Source of the DNA: a virus
Lineage: Duplodnaviria; Caudoviricetes
DNA length: 39,412 bases
Strand: one strand, 5' to 3'
Virus record (IMG/VR): IMGVR_UViG_3300007983_000009
Coordinates: 1-39,412 of that record
Position numbers and translations under genes: made by a program. The stretch's first letter is position 1. Each line of letters starts with the position of its first letter. The notes beneath the pieces were generated by a model, which was given only the letters and a program-made list of their open reading frames with translations, was not told the DNA's origin and searched no databases. Positions 1-9,351 of this stretch are shown one piece after another.

Positions 1-1
1 A

Positions 2-976
2 CCCGAAAAAGAGGTTGGAGGCGGAGGTTGCTCTGTGGCCAACTCCGACAGTGAGCGGAAACAACAACCGAAAGGGGGCGAGCAAGACGTCAGGAGACGG
101 ATTAGCGACCAAAGTGAAGAACTGGCCGACCCCAAGTGCGAGGGACTGGAAGGACAGCCCGAACATGAGCCAGACGCGGGAAGGAGGGAGAAACCGCGTC
201 GACCAGTTGCCCCGAGCAGTCTTTTCGATGATATGGGAATCGAAGATTTCACAAGAGAAGTACGGTACGGTGCCTACCCCTCAAGACCAGGAAAGACTCA
301 GTATGGATGGGAGCCCCCCAGAGTGGTTACGGACGCTATGGAGGACTCCATCAGCTCAGGAGCCTGGGATAAGCATTTCAAGGCTCGTATGCAAGGACGG
401 GAGTCCTCCGAAGCACAACAAGAGACTTTACGACAAGGAGACTCAGAGGCTGGCTCAGATAGGACTTCCTCAGCAGGTTCGCATAGAGGACACTATGGAG
501 GACAATCTGAGCGATCAGGCGGTGGCGGTGTACCGCATAGTGAGCTGGCCAACGCCGAACACGATGGACTCGATGGGATCGCGGAGCGAGGATTCGCTGA
601 AGCGGGCGTTGAAGAAGGGCGGATGCCGCAACCTGAAGGACGTAATGACGCATCCGGAGCTTTACAGCCTAGAGAGGATGGACGTGAACACGGAAGTTCT
701 CGGGAATCTGATTTTGAACACAGAGGCGGACGTGTTCACGGACATGCTGAAAAGCACGAAGAACAAGAACGAAGCGAAGCTGAACCCGAGATGGGAGGAG
801 GTTTTGATGGGATTGCCTGTGGGGTGGACTATGCCAAGCTGTGCATCTCCAGTGACAATCGAGTTGACGAAGTCCGTTCCTTGGGAAACGGAGTCGTTCC
901 TGCCTGTGCAGAACTTGCTTTCAGACTACTACATAAACGCCTTGAAGCCCAAATTAGAAGAAATGTCTCAGATTAA
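2..976 (+). CDS. DNA (cytosine-5) methyltransferase, C-terminal part (alpha frame; 5' truncated by window edge)
   Basis: Frame is open from base 2; ends in NRVDEVRSLGNGVVPACAELAF, typical of C5-MTase motif X in phage enzymes. Catalytic motifs I-VIII would lie upstream of the window. Confidence 0.75.
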   Translation, partial: PEKEVGGGGCSVANSDSERKQQPKGGEQDVRRRISDQSEELADPKCEGLEGQPEHEPDAGRREKPRRPVAPSSLFDDMGIEDFTREVRYGAYPSRPGKTQYGWEPPRVVTDAMEDSISSGAWDKHFKARMQGRESSEAQQETLRQGDSEAGSDRTSSAGSHRGHYGGQSERSGGGGVPHSELANAEHDGLDGIAERGFAEAGVEEGRMPQPEGRNDASGALQPREDGREHGSSRESDFEHRGGRVHGHAEKHEEQERSEAEPEMGGGFDGIACGVDYAKLCISSDNRVDEVRSLGNGVVPACAELAFRLLHKRLEAQIRRNVSD

Positions 977-1124
977 ACAGCTTACAGAAGAAAACGAGAA
1001 ACTCAGGGAGCTTCTTGCCTCTACGATAAAGGGGATTGAGTCTCTTCAAGAAGAGGGTGACCCCAATGCTGAGAAGCTCATGGGAGTACTTGAGGCCGAG
1101 TACGAGAAGCTTGGGCTAGAATAG
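3..1124 (+). CDS. Overlapping alternative-frame methyltransferase polypeptide (beta-like, WPTP repeats plus motif IX-like segment; 5' truncated)
   Basis: Open from base 3; repeated W(P/R)TP modules and LNPRWEEVLMGLPVGWT resembling motif IX (..E..RLQGFP..). In-frame ATG at 963 may start a separate 53-aa coiled-coil protein. Confidence 0.65.
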   Translation, partial: PKKRLEAEVALWPTPTVSGNNNRKGASKTSGDGLATKVKNWPTPSARDWKDSPNMSQTREGGRNRVDQLPRAVFSMIWESKISQEKYGTVPTPQDQERLSMDGSPPEWLRTLWRTPSAQEPGISISRLVCKDGSPPKHNKRLYDKETQRLAQIGLPQQVRIEDTMEDNLSDQAVAVYRIVSWPTPNTMDSMGSRSEDSLKRALKKGGCRNLKDVMTHPELYSLERMDVNTEVLGNLILNTEADVFTDMLKSTKNKNEAKLNPRWEEVLMGLPVGWTMPSCASPVTIELTKSVPWETESFLPVQNLLSDYYINALKPKLEEMSQIKQLTEENEKLRELLASTIKGIESLQEEGDPNAEKLMGVLEAEYEKLGLE

Positions 1125-1346
1125 CTCCATTTGTTCAGCACCGTCATCCTTGGGAGGTTCGGGCAGTGCGACTTCGACTCTTCCCTTAACGTTTCGCCTT
1201 GCGTTAGAGATCCTCCAAGGGGCAGGATTACCAGATCCTGCTTGATACGCAGCAATCTTCCAACTTAATGAGCCGAGGGCTTTGGCGGGGGACGAGGCTG
1301 TAGTTACGTACTCCCTCCCGTTGTGGCGTACCATGTAAACTTCCAT
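1116..1346 (-). CDS. Hypothetical protein
   Basis: 76-aa ORF filling the gap; TAGTTA-N4-ATG motif directly upstream. Confidence 0.6.
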   Translation of the reverse strand: MEVYMVRHNGREYVTTASSPAKALGSLSWKIAAYQAGSGNPAPWRISNARRNVKGRVEVALPEPPKDDGAEQMELF

Positions 1347-1350
1347 GCGC

Positions 1351-1365
1351 TAACTACTGTATTTA
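1351..1365. promoter_or_regulatory. Back-to-back TAKTTA elements (TAGTTA on -, TATTTA on +)
   Basis: TAACTA 1351-1356 and TATTTA 1360-1365, each exactly 4 nt from the divergent start codons at 1346 and 1370. Confidence 0.65.
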
Positions 1366-1369
1366 TACC

Positions 1370-4195
1370 ATGGCTATCGAAGACGAACTTAAAAGTACCA
1401 TGCAGGCGCTCAAGGACTACTCCAAGTCCATCGCCGAGAGTACTGAGGCTATGCACAAGTCCATGTCAGGAAGTACTAGCCAAGTTTCGGCGCTGACTAA
1501 ACAGCTCAAGAAAAAGAAGACTGAGGAGGAGGCGAGCAATGTACGAACGAAGGCTTATTCCAAACACCTCAAGCAGAGCGTAAAATACCTCAAGCAGGGC
1601 GTAAAGGCTTACTTTGACATGAATAGGGCGGCAATGCAGGCGTCCACAAACCTTGCGAACAGAAGCAGGATGTTCGAGTCAGCGATGCACACCCAGCTCG
1701 CGCTAGGTACCAGCATACAAGAATCAGCTACAGCTCAGCGTGCGCTTGTTGATTTAGGTCTTGAGACTAGGGACACTTACACGGAAATGCTTCACGTGAG
1801 TTCCATGCTTACGGCAGGGTTCGAGGTGCAGGCAAACACAACGGCTAGACTCGCTCTACAAGCGGACGCGGCAGGCACGAGCTTTGAGCGCATGGGCGAC
1901 ATCGTCTCAGGCATAGCCCAGGCAACCTCTGTATCAGCAGAGAAGTCAGCAGACTTCTTAGCGAACATGACAAAGAGTGCGTCTTTACTTTCGGGTAATG
2001 TAAGCAACGTGAACGCCCAAGTAAAAGAGCTGTCAGCCCTGCAGGAGGCTTTCCGTAGCGTGGGGATCGAGGATAACTCTTTAATGGACTTTGCGCAGAA
2101 CCTCCAATCAGGCAAAAACACTGAGTTCATGCTTACGTTCAAGACAGGAGCGGGCAGTACGTTCAGTCCTGAGCGTATGATGTCAGGGATGGAAGCACTT
2201 GCTTCGCGTGTACGAGCTGTGCCTGAATCTCTGAAGCGTACGGTCGCAGAACAGCTCAGCAGCTCGTTCAACATCCCTGCTGAACTCATACTTGCAAAAG
2301 CCACGTATAGCAACCAGATGTCGGAAGAACTCAAGACGATTAGAGAGCGTATAAAGGAAGAGACAAAGCTTAAATCGCTAAGGGAAGGGTTCAACGAACA
2401 GATGGGTCAGCTGGGTAAAGTATGGGAGCAACTCAAGAATAGGGTAGGAACTCTGCTTGCTGTAGGTCTCGAACCGTTGGCGAAGGTATTGGTTAAAGTA
2501 GGCAACGCTGTGAACGACCTTCTAGGCGGGCTTATAGACAGCTTGCAGAAGGAAGACGGGGCGATGCGGAAGATCGTGGATTCGGTCTCTTCCGTGGTGG
2601 GAGGTATTGTAGCTCTGGGCGCCGCCCTTGGTACTCTCGCTGGGGGGCTTTCTGGGCTTCCTGGGTTGTTTGGAGGGCTTTCTAAGTTGCTCGGAGCGGG
2701 AGGCAAAGGAGGGCTTCTTTCTGGGTTGTTTGGAGCGGGAGGCAAGAAAGGAGGTATGCTCGGCGTCCCTGGTGCAACTAAAAGCAAGGGCGGGGCGTTA
2801 GCCCGATTCGGCAAAGGAATGAAGGGAAAAGGTTTCCTCGGAGCAGGTATAGGGCTGGTTGCTGGAGGAGGTTTAGAAGGCCTCATAGGCGGGTACCTCC
2901 TTGAGCGAGGTGGAGCATACGCTATTGATAAGCTTACATCGATCGCTACCAAGTCTGCCACCAAAGCAGCACAGAAGACAGCAACGCGCTTCGTAGCGCG
3001 TTCAGCACTTCAGTTGCTGAAGAACCCTGCGGTTCTGGCTACCGCTGCCTACGGCTATTCCGCTTTCAAACTTGCAGAGACCTTTATGACCGCAGGCAAA
3101 GGCAAGAAGGTAGAGGCCTCAAGCTTTGCAACAAGCGGGTACTTTGAGTCAGACGCCCTCCAGCGAGCAATCAAAAACAAGGCTTTAGACGTTCAAACGG
3201 GCGCCCAGCTCGCCCCAGGTGAGAGGGGGTACACTGAAGGGTTTCACCCTATAAAAGGGTTTGGGCAGAGTGCTACAGAGATGTACCGCGCCGTTGTTAC
3301 GCGTGACCTTGACGAATACAAAAAAGAGCGTGCCGTCGAAAGAAGGGGACAAGAACTTGCCGCCGTCAAGGCAGCTATCCAAGAAGCACCTGCTACTGTA
3401 TCTAATAGCGAGCTAGAGGAACTCACTGCGATGTCTGTTCGTGCAAGCAAGCTGAGGCTCGGCACGAGCGATACGGACGAGAGGTATAGCAGGCTGCTTG
3501 GCCTTCGACGACAGGCTGATTACGGTACTGACGAAATAATGGCGCAGTTCAAGGAGCTTCAGGGCGTTGCTATGAGTCGCCTCCTGACTGAAGAAGGGTG
3601 GGAAGGCGAAGGCGCTGATTTCCGCCTTGTAGCGGCTGATTACATAAAGAAAAACCCAGACTTCATCAAGGGTTATGAGGATAAGAAACTAGACACCGGT
3701 TCTCAGCAAGCAATGGTGTCTGCTATAATGGGCATAAGCGAGAACCGCCGTATGACTGGTGCTGGCAGGCTGGCGACGGCAGACTTCCTTAAAAAGGTTG
3801 GTGTTAAGTTCAAAGATGGGGCGATGATCGTGGACGAAGAAGGTCGCCCTGTTATCCAGACCTCTCTGACGCAAAGCCAGGTAAAGGATCGCTACCAGGC
3901 AGCCTTAGAGTGGTCAGAAGCGCGTATTATGCGCCAAAACGCAAACGAAACGCTACGCCTCCAAAGAGGTCTCCTTTCGATAGAAGAGGAAGCTTTAATG
4001 ATTCAGCGCAAGCAGCAGGCGGATATGATACAAGGTATCCGACATGTGAGCGAGACGATAGACCTTACTGAGGCTAAAAAGAAGGCGCTAGAGGAGAGTA
4101 AAATAAAAATAGAAAAGCAACGTGAAGACATCCGAAACTTCAACGAAGGCTTAAACCAGTGGCAAACAGTCACAAAGCCCACCCCCGTTATATGA
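1370..4195 (+). CDS. Tail tape measure protein
   Basis: 941 aa, Ala/Gly/Leu-rich, helical, central Gly-rich hydrophobic repeats (GLLSGLFGAGGK); followed by a tube-like baseplate gene. Confidence 0.8.
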   Translation: MAIEDELKSTMQALKDYSKSIAESTEAMHKSMSGSTSQVSALTKQLKKKKTEEEASNVRTKAYSKHLKQSVKYLKQGVKAYFDMNRAAMQASTNLANRSRMFESAMHTQLALGTSIQESATAQRALVDLGLETRDTYTEMLHVSSMLTAGFEVQANTTARLALQADAAGTSFERMGDIVSGIAQATSVSAEKSADFLANMTKSASLLSGNVSNVNAQVKELSALQEAFRSVGIEDNSLMDFAQNLQSGKNTEFMLTFKTGAGSTFSPERMMSGMEALASRVRAVPESLKRTVAEQLSSSFNIPAELILAKATYSNQMSEELKTIRERIKEETKLKSLREGFNEQMGQLGKVWEQLKNRVGTLLAVGLEPLAKVLVKVGNAVNDLLGGLIDSLQKEDGAMRKIVDSVSSVVGGIVALGAALGTLAGGLSGLPGLFGGLSKLLGAGGKGGLLSGLFGAGGKKGGMLGVPGATKSKGGALARFGKGMKGKGFLGAGIGLVAGGGLEGLIGGYLLERGGAYAIDKLTSIATKSATKAAQKTATRFVARSALQLLKNPAVLATAAYGYSAFKLAETFMTAGKGKKVEASSFATSGYFESDALQRAIKNKALDVQTGAQLAPGERGYTEGFHPIKGFGQSATEMYRAVVTRDLDEYKKERAVERRGQELAAVKAAIQEAPATVSNSELEELTAMSVRASKLRLGTSDTDERYSRLLGLRRQADYGTDEIMAQFKELQGVAMSRLLTEEGWEGEGADFRLVAADYIKKNPDFIKGYEDKKLDTGSQQAMVSAIMGISENRRMTGAGRLATADFLKKVGVKFKDGAMIVDEEGRPVIQTSLTQSQVKDRYQAALEWSEARIMRQNANETLRLQRGLLSIEEEALMIQRKQQADMIQGIRHVSETIDLTEAKKKALEESKIKIEKQREDIRNFNEGLNQWQTVTKPTPVI

Positions 4196-5268
4196 GACAC
4201 ACAGACGAAAGAGACGCATTCGACAGGTACGGAGCTACGATGAGTGGCTACCTGTACGCCCTAGACAGTGCAAGTGACGCTTGGGGCTCTCCCTTCATCG
4301 CTTTTCCAGCCCTCCCTGACGAGATAGACTTTACAAGAGAAAACAGCTTCGACGTCGTGGTTAACCAACTGTACCCTGATGGAATACACATCTACAGGGG
4401 TACACAGCCCTTAGAGATCCCTATATCGTTCGTGCTTCACGCGTACGACTACGATTACTGCAACGGACCGCACGGACTGGTAGAAATTGCCTCGAAACTC
4501 CACTCACTCGCCCTTCCCTTGTCAAGAGGAGGGGAAGCGAAGGATACCAGTGTACCTACGGCTCAGGACGAGAAGAAGAAGGACGAAGATGGTGAGGCCG
4601 ACCCTGACGAAGCAGTCGACGAAGCAGTCGACGAAGCAGGTCAGAGCGTGGAGTCTAAAGATAAAAGCTCCCCTGACGACAATGTCACGGTTGCTCAGTC
4701 TAATCGAAACCGATTAGAAACTAGCAGTAGAATTAGCAAAAGTATAGGCGCGGAAGGTAATGTTCCGACGTGGCCGCCTGTCTGCGTTATGAGGTTGATG
4801 GTTTCGGGTCAGAGAGGCGTACATTGCATCGGGTACTTGAAGCGCGTATCTGTCAAGTTTAAGGGTCCGTGGCTTAACGAAAAACCAAAAGATGCTGGCA
4901 GAGACTACGCAACGTCCGAGGAGCTTAGAGGTAGAAAGCCGGGGCAGAACTTACCTACCGCCTTGGAGGCGAGCTTTACCTTCGTACACGCCCCTGGTTA
5001 TCGGAACAAGTTTTCAGTTGATGACGACAGTGCTTACTACGATGAGCGCATAGGTGTGTTTAACCAGACGTTCGGTGAATACGTACATGACCACTTCTAC
5101 GACACTATAGACGTATCAACTGGGGGTGGTGCCGTGTCTATACGCACGGTAAAAGACCGAAGGGTGGCCGTGAAGGACGAAAACGGAAAAATTCTGTACA
5201 CTTACTCAGACCAATCCAGCCAGATTAGAGGTGAGCGGGCTAGGCAGGCTACGCAGAACGGAGGTTAA
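4192..5268 (+). CDS. Baseplate/tail-tube initiator-like protein (contractile tail)
   Basis: P-x-x-I..GIHIYRGT..I.ISFVL, PPVCVM..GYLKRVSVKF.GPW..PT..EASFTF pattern of tube-fold baseplate proteins found after tape measure genes; ATG 4192 overlaps the tape measure stop (ATGA), preferred over GTG 4159. Confidence 0.6.
   Translation: MRHTDERDAFDRYGATMSGYLYALDSASDAWGSPFIAFPALPDEIDFTRENSFDVVVNQLYPDGIHIYRGTQPLEIPISFVLHAYDYDYCNGPHGLVEIASKLHSLALPLSRGGEAKDTSVPTAQDEKKKDEDGEADPDEAVDEAVDEAGQSVESKDKSSPDDNVTVAQSNRNRLETSSRISKSIGAEGNVPTWPPVCVMRLMVSGQRGVHCIGYLKRVSVKFKGPWLNEKPKDAGRDYATSEELRGRKPGQNLPTALEASFTFVHAPGYRNKFSVDDDSAYYDERIGVFNQTFGEYVHDHFYDTIDVSTGGGAVSIRTVKDRRVAVKDENGKILYTYSDQSSQIRGERARQATQNGG
4606..4639 (+). 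repeat. 12-bp in-frame tandem repeat GACGAAGCAGTC x about 3
   Basis: Seen directly; encodes DEAV repeats in an acidic linker. Confidence 0.9.
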
Positions 5269-7199
5269 GACCACTTAAACGTAGTCCCTTTTGTCTCTTT
5301 TGTTGCCGTAAGAACGTAGTCAGCGTACTTCTCAGTCTCTTCGTGGTGGTCAACTAAGAAGATGAGTATGCGTCTTTTGTGTGCGACCTCTTTCAAGTAC
5401 GTCAGTATATTGTGTCGGACTACGCCATCTTGAGAGTTGATGACCTCGTCGTACCATCGGTATCCGACTTTAGAAGGTACATTGCCAAGTTCAGCTAACG
5501 TCTCGGACACGATCAGGTTTGTAAGACCTGACTCGCCCTTCGAGTTCCCCTCTACGCGCACGCTTCCGTATCGGTTACGCGCGTCCACGATAAGTTCTGC
5601 GCGACTCTCCCCGCTCTTGAGTTCCTTGCTCGTAGAATAGTTGATCGCTAGAGTGCCGCCTGTCAATCTCTCGGATATGCGCGTCGATATGGCGGTCATA
5701 GGGCGGACGGCATCACGAAGGATCATGTTAGGTATGCCAGCAGGGCTAAAAGCCTTTGACCAGTAATCGCCTATGAGCGAAACCTGCTCGGCTTCAGCAA
5801 GCATCTCGGCTGCTTTTTTAAGGCGGTCTTCGCAGCTTCTGAGTGCTTTTCTTCGCTCTTTTACGATGACCTTAGCTTGCACGACTTCGGCGTCAGTGAC
5901 CTCTTCCGACAGGCTCTTGATTTTGGTCTCAAGTGCCGTTATCTCGTTTTCACTGCGCGTAGCTGATGTTTCCGCGCTCTCGTACTTCAAGCTCAACTTT
6001 CGCACTTCGTTTGATCCGTTGTCCTCCAGCTTAGCCTCGACACCGTCCATTTTGTCATCGAGTTCGTCTAAAGTGGAGTCCCAAGCAAGACACGCATCCT
6101 CAGCCTCATTCCACGATTCCTCAGCCTTTTTCTTGGCAGCCTTGAGGCGTTTGATCTCGTCTTCGCTGTGCTTCTTGTCCCAGTCCTTTCCGCATGTAGG
6201 GCATACGTCAGGTTCGCCGCTGGCGTCTTTCAAAGCTTTTTTTGACGCAGACAGGTCAGCTTTCCTGTCTGCTCGGACACTGACCCACTTATCGCGGTCG
6301 TGGCGAGCCTGCTTCGCCTTTGATTTGACTTCGAGAAGCTCTTTGCGTAAAGCCTCGTGCTTCTCGGCTACCTTAACCTCTGCGTCAGCGATGCTTTTCT
6401 TAATACGCTTCATGTCCTCACGGAAACCCTTCACAGACTCCGCAAGCGCGGCAATGTCACCTTCTGCTTTTTTAATCTCGGGTTTCCTTTTCTTGAGTTC
6501 GTCTGCGTAAGACTCTTCCGCCTCTTTCAGATCCTCCTTGGCTTCCTCAAGGGCTTCTTTAGCCTCCTCAACGTTGCTGCGGGCTTCTTCCTGCGCACGC
6601 TGCTCGCTTATGAGGTCGCTCTTGAACGCTGAACTCGCTTTTTTGACCTTGCCGTGGAGAACGTCCCACGAAGGCTGGTTCAGTGCGGACATTACAATGT
6701 GGACAGTGTCAGCTTGTGAGAGTCTGTTGAACTTCAAAGAGTCTCCGTCGACGTACACAGTCCACTCTGCCAGCTTGGGAGGCAGTCCGATGGCGTTCGA
6801 CAAATCTTCCCGCGTAACAGTAGTGCGGTTTCGCTCAATCGGTGCATTGTCGCCTATCGTGTACCGAAGACCTTCCCCTGTTGATCCTACTTCGGCACAC
6901 TTGTACCCGTTTTCTACGAGAAGCTTGCTCCCGTTAAGTGTAGCATTTACAGCTACGTAAGTGTTGCCTTCATCCTTGTAGCTGTAGTGACCTATCTTAG
7001 CGTACCTGCCTGGGACTCCTAAAAGCGCACGGCTAAGGGCTTCCCCGAGAGCTGTCTTGCCTGAGCCTACTGACTTTAGCTTACCGTGTCCCGTCAAGTT
7101 TTGACCGTTTACCAGTATTAAACCGTACTCAGGGAACGTGATAGTGTCTTCCCGTACCGTAGCCCAGTTTCTTAGTGTGATGGATTGTATGCGTAACAT
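5265..7199 (-). CDS. sbcC: SbcC/Rad50/T4 gp46-like recombination ATPase
   Basis: Walker A GSGKT, long coiled coils around zinc hook CPTC, signature-like NSKGE, Walker B WYDE, H-loop VDHH. Confidence 0.93.
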   Translation of the reverse strand: MLRIQSITLRNWATVREDTITFPEYGLILVNGQNLTGHGKLKSVGSGKTALGEALSRALLGVPGRYAKIGHYSYKDEGNTYVAVNATLNGSKLLVENGYKCAEVGSTGEGLRYTIGDNAPIERNRTTVTREDLSNAIGLPPKLAEWTVYVDGDSLKFNRLSQADTVHIVMSALNQPSWDVLHGKVKKASSAFKSDLISEQRAQEEARSNVEEAKEALEEAKEDLKEAEESYADELKKRKPEIKKAEGDIAALAESVKGFREDMKRIKKSIADAEVKVAEKHEALRKELLEVKSKAKQARHDRDKWVSVRADRKADLSASKKALKDASGEPDVCPTCGKDWDKKHSEDEIKRLKAAKKKAEESWNEAEDACLAWDSTLDELDDKMDGVEAKLEDNGSNEVRKLSLKYESAETSATRSENEITALETKIKSLSEEVTDAEVVQAKVIVKERRKALRSCEDRLKKAAEMLAEAEQVSLIGDYWSKAFSPAGIPNMILRDAVRPMTAISTRISERLTGGTLAINYSTSKELKSGESRAELIVDARNRYGSVRVEGNSKGESGLTNLIVSETLAELGNVPSKVGYRWYDEVINSQDGVVRHNILTYLKEVAHKRRILIFLVDHHEETEKYADYVLTATKETKGTTFKWS

Positions 7200-7212
7200 T
7201 GATAGTTAGAAC
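7200..7212. promoter_or_regulatory. 13-bp divergent spacer with overlapping TAGTTA (+) and GTTCTA (-) elements
   Basis: TAGTTA 7203-7208 is 4 nt before ATG 7213; TAGAAC 7207-7212 (GTTCTA on -) is 7 nt before the sbcC ATG. Confidence 0.65.
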
Positions 7213-8853
7213 ATGGAAAAGCCTAAAAGAGGATACCGTCTAGTAGTTGGCCTAGGGAACAAGGTGTACAGCCTTGCCGACTGGTCGCGCGAAGTATCCC
7301 TGAAAAAAGGAAGAAGAAGCTACCCCGAAGGGCTTAGACTCGGGGCTAGGCGCGACCTGTTTGATTACATCGACAACGACGAAGGTGTACGCCAGTTCCT
7401 TCTGACCTACGAGTTCGGTGACGATGACTTTAACAAGAAACCTGACTTTGACGGCGAGTTTTCTGTGAAAGCAGCGGAGCTTGTTGACGTTGAAGAGGTA
7501 CACCCTGGGTTAAACGAGAATTTAGAGGACGTGTACGGGGTCGATGAAAATGAGCTGGCAATATGCAGGCACATGTTCGAGGATATGTCGGTGTACGAAG
7601 CTTACCAGCATGGTGAGATTCATCCGCTACTAGAGAAGCTCACGTTCTCCCAGCTGTACGACATCTCCGAACCTAAGCGCAAGGTTAGGGCAGAGACCGT
7701 ACGCGGACCGTCGCTTCAGATGAGCGCAGGCGAAGACACTGAGACGTATTACTTCAACTTTAAGTCCTTCCCGAGCACTACAGGTCTGCGCCACAAAGGG
7801 TATATCCGCTTCTTCAAGCCACGCGGAATGATTTCTCCAGACGACTACCGCCCCATGGAGAACTTAGACTGCTTCGTAGACTGTACTTGCCCTGACTACA
7901 GGTACCGATGGGCATGGGCAAACAAGCAACGAGGGTCTAGCGCGGTCGGTCCAGGCAGCCTTAATCTGTGCCTTAACCGCGCACCTCGAAAAACCAACCC
8001 AACAGGGACACCTGGTCTCTGCAAGCACCTGTTGCATCTGTCTGATTACGTCTACGGGACTACGACCACGTTTGGAGGGTCTGGGGCAGACGATTCGCCT
8101 GTAATGCGCAGGATTGTGAAGTACGCAGATAAGCGGTGGACTGATTTGGATTCTGAACTTCAGCGTGCAAAAGAACGTGAGCAGGCGTACTCTAAACGTG
8201 CAACTAGGTACGCTGTAGGTGATGTACCAAGACCAGACGGAGAGGTACACATTCCAGCCAGACCAGACGACATAGAAGTACCCGATCCTCCTACCTTAGA
8301 CGACCCAGACGATCTTGGATCAGAGGTCGTTACTGCGCCTGACGTCCCCGAAGACCCCGAGGATGCCCGTCCTACAGGCTTCTTAAATCAAGTACTGAAC
8401 GCGGCAAGGCGCGGAGCTGAGACTATAGGAAGCTCAGTACGTAACTGGACAAACCGCTTTTCACGTCCGTTCCGTAGAGGGACTGACTCCACCGAAGAAA
8501 CTCTCCAATCTCGGAGAGTATGTATAACAGGAACCAAAACAGCCATGAGCATCAAGCAATCCATAAAAACAATACGCAGTCTCCGCGAGAACGAAGAACT
8601 TGTTGACGAGCTGCCCGACGCCCCTGCTGCACCTTCGGAGGAAGGCGAAGTAGAAGGTCAAGGCGAGAAAGCTATCGACATTCTCACGCAGATCCTTAAC
8701 CAGCTCCAAGAACTCGTCCAAGTTGAAAAAGGCGAAGGCGAGGAGATAGAAGACGTCGAAGATGACCTCGAAGACCTCGAAGACAACATCGAGGGTGACC
8801 TTGAGGGCATCGCTGACGAAGGTGACGGCGAAGACTTCAACCCTGAAAAGTAA
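7213..8853 (+). CDS. SWIM-type zinc finger protein with acidic C-terminal region
   Basis: CTCPDYRYRW...NP...GLCKHL (CxC..CxH); Pro/Asp linker; very acidic tail with a possible internal start at 8545. Confidence 0.7.
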   Translation: MEKPKRGYRLVVGLGNKVYSLADWSREVSLKKGRRSYPEGLRLGARRDLFDYIDNDEGVRQFLLTYEFGDDDFNKKPDFDGEFSVKAAELVDVEEVHPGLNENLEDVYGVDENELAICRHMFEDMSVYEAYQHGEIHPLLEKLTFSQLYDISEPKRKVRAETVRGPSLQMSAGEDTETYYFNFKSFPSTTGLRHKGYIRFFKPRGMISPDDYRPMENLDCFVDCTCPDYRYRWAWANKQRGSSAVGPGSLNLCLNRAPRKTNPTGTPGLCKHLLHLSDYVYGTTTTFGGSGADDSPVMRRIVKYADKRWTDLDSELQRAKEREQAYSKRATRYAVGDVPRPDGEVHIPARPDDIEVPDPPTLDDPDDLGSEVVTAPDVPEDPEDARPTGFLNQVLNAARRGAETIGSSVRNWTNRFSRPFRRGTDSTEETLQSRRVCITGTKTAMSIKQSIKTIRSLRENEELVDELPDAPAAPSEEGEVEGQGEKAIDILTQILNQLQELVQVEKGEGEEIEDVEDDLEDLEDNIEGDLEGIADEGDGEDFNPEK

Positions 8854-8859
8854 CCTGAC

Positions 8860-9351
8860 ATGGGACGCCAGCAAGAAGACGGATACCCGCAGCCGCTCAC
8901 TCGCGTAACCGAGGTGCGCTGCCCCGCTATCGCAGACACAGTCTACGGAACGCGTAACGCGACTGCCCGCCTACGCGCTCAGAACCTGATCAAAGACTCA
9001 GGCTCACAAGTGCGTGCTACGCTGGTTACTCTCATTAACACAGGTGACACGGACATCACGGGCAAGCTCGTCGAAGCAGACAGCGACAACCCTTCGTCAG
9101 GGCGGTCAGACCTTGGTACCGCGATGGCAGTCAAGGCAGGCGGACAAGTCTCGCAGACGGTCTACCCCAACAAGGAGTTCGTCGAGTTCCGCACCACCAG
9201 CGGTGAAGGCGAGGTACGCATGCAGCTGACCTCAAGACTTCGCTGGAACGAGCTCGGTTTCCAGATTAAAGGGTACGGACCAGACCCGTTCTATCCGTTA
9301 CGACTATGGCAACCGACAAACCTGAGCAGTTGGAGTGACGTCAACAAATGA
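8860..9351 (+). CDS. Putative beta-sandwich virion protein (paralog 1)
   Basis: TLINTGDTDITGKLVE motif shared with 19948-20301 and 25394-25864; beta-rich composition. Confidence 0.5.
   Translation: MGRQQEDGYPQPLTRVTEVRCPAIADTVYGTRNATARLRAQNLIKDSGSQVRATLVTLINTGDTDITGKLVEADSDNPSSGRSDLGTAMAVKAGGQVSQTVYPNKEFVEFRTTSGEGEVRMQLTSRLRWNELGFQIKGYGPDPFYPLRLWQPTNLSSWSDVNK

Noticed and set aside
5773-6960. Long antisense ORFs (also 1792-2964, 16108-16881, 24139-24657)
   Set aside because: Ser/Leu/Phe- or Pro-rich shadows of strongly supported genes on the opposite strand.
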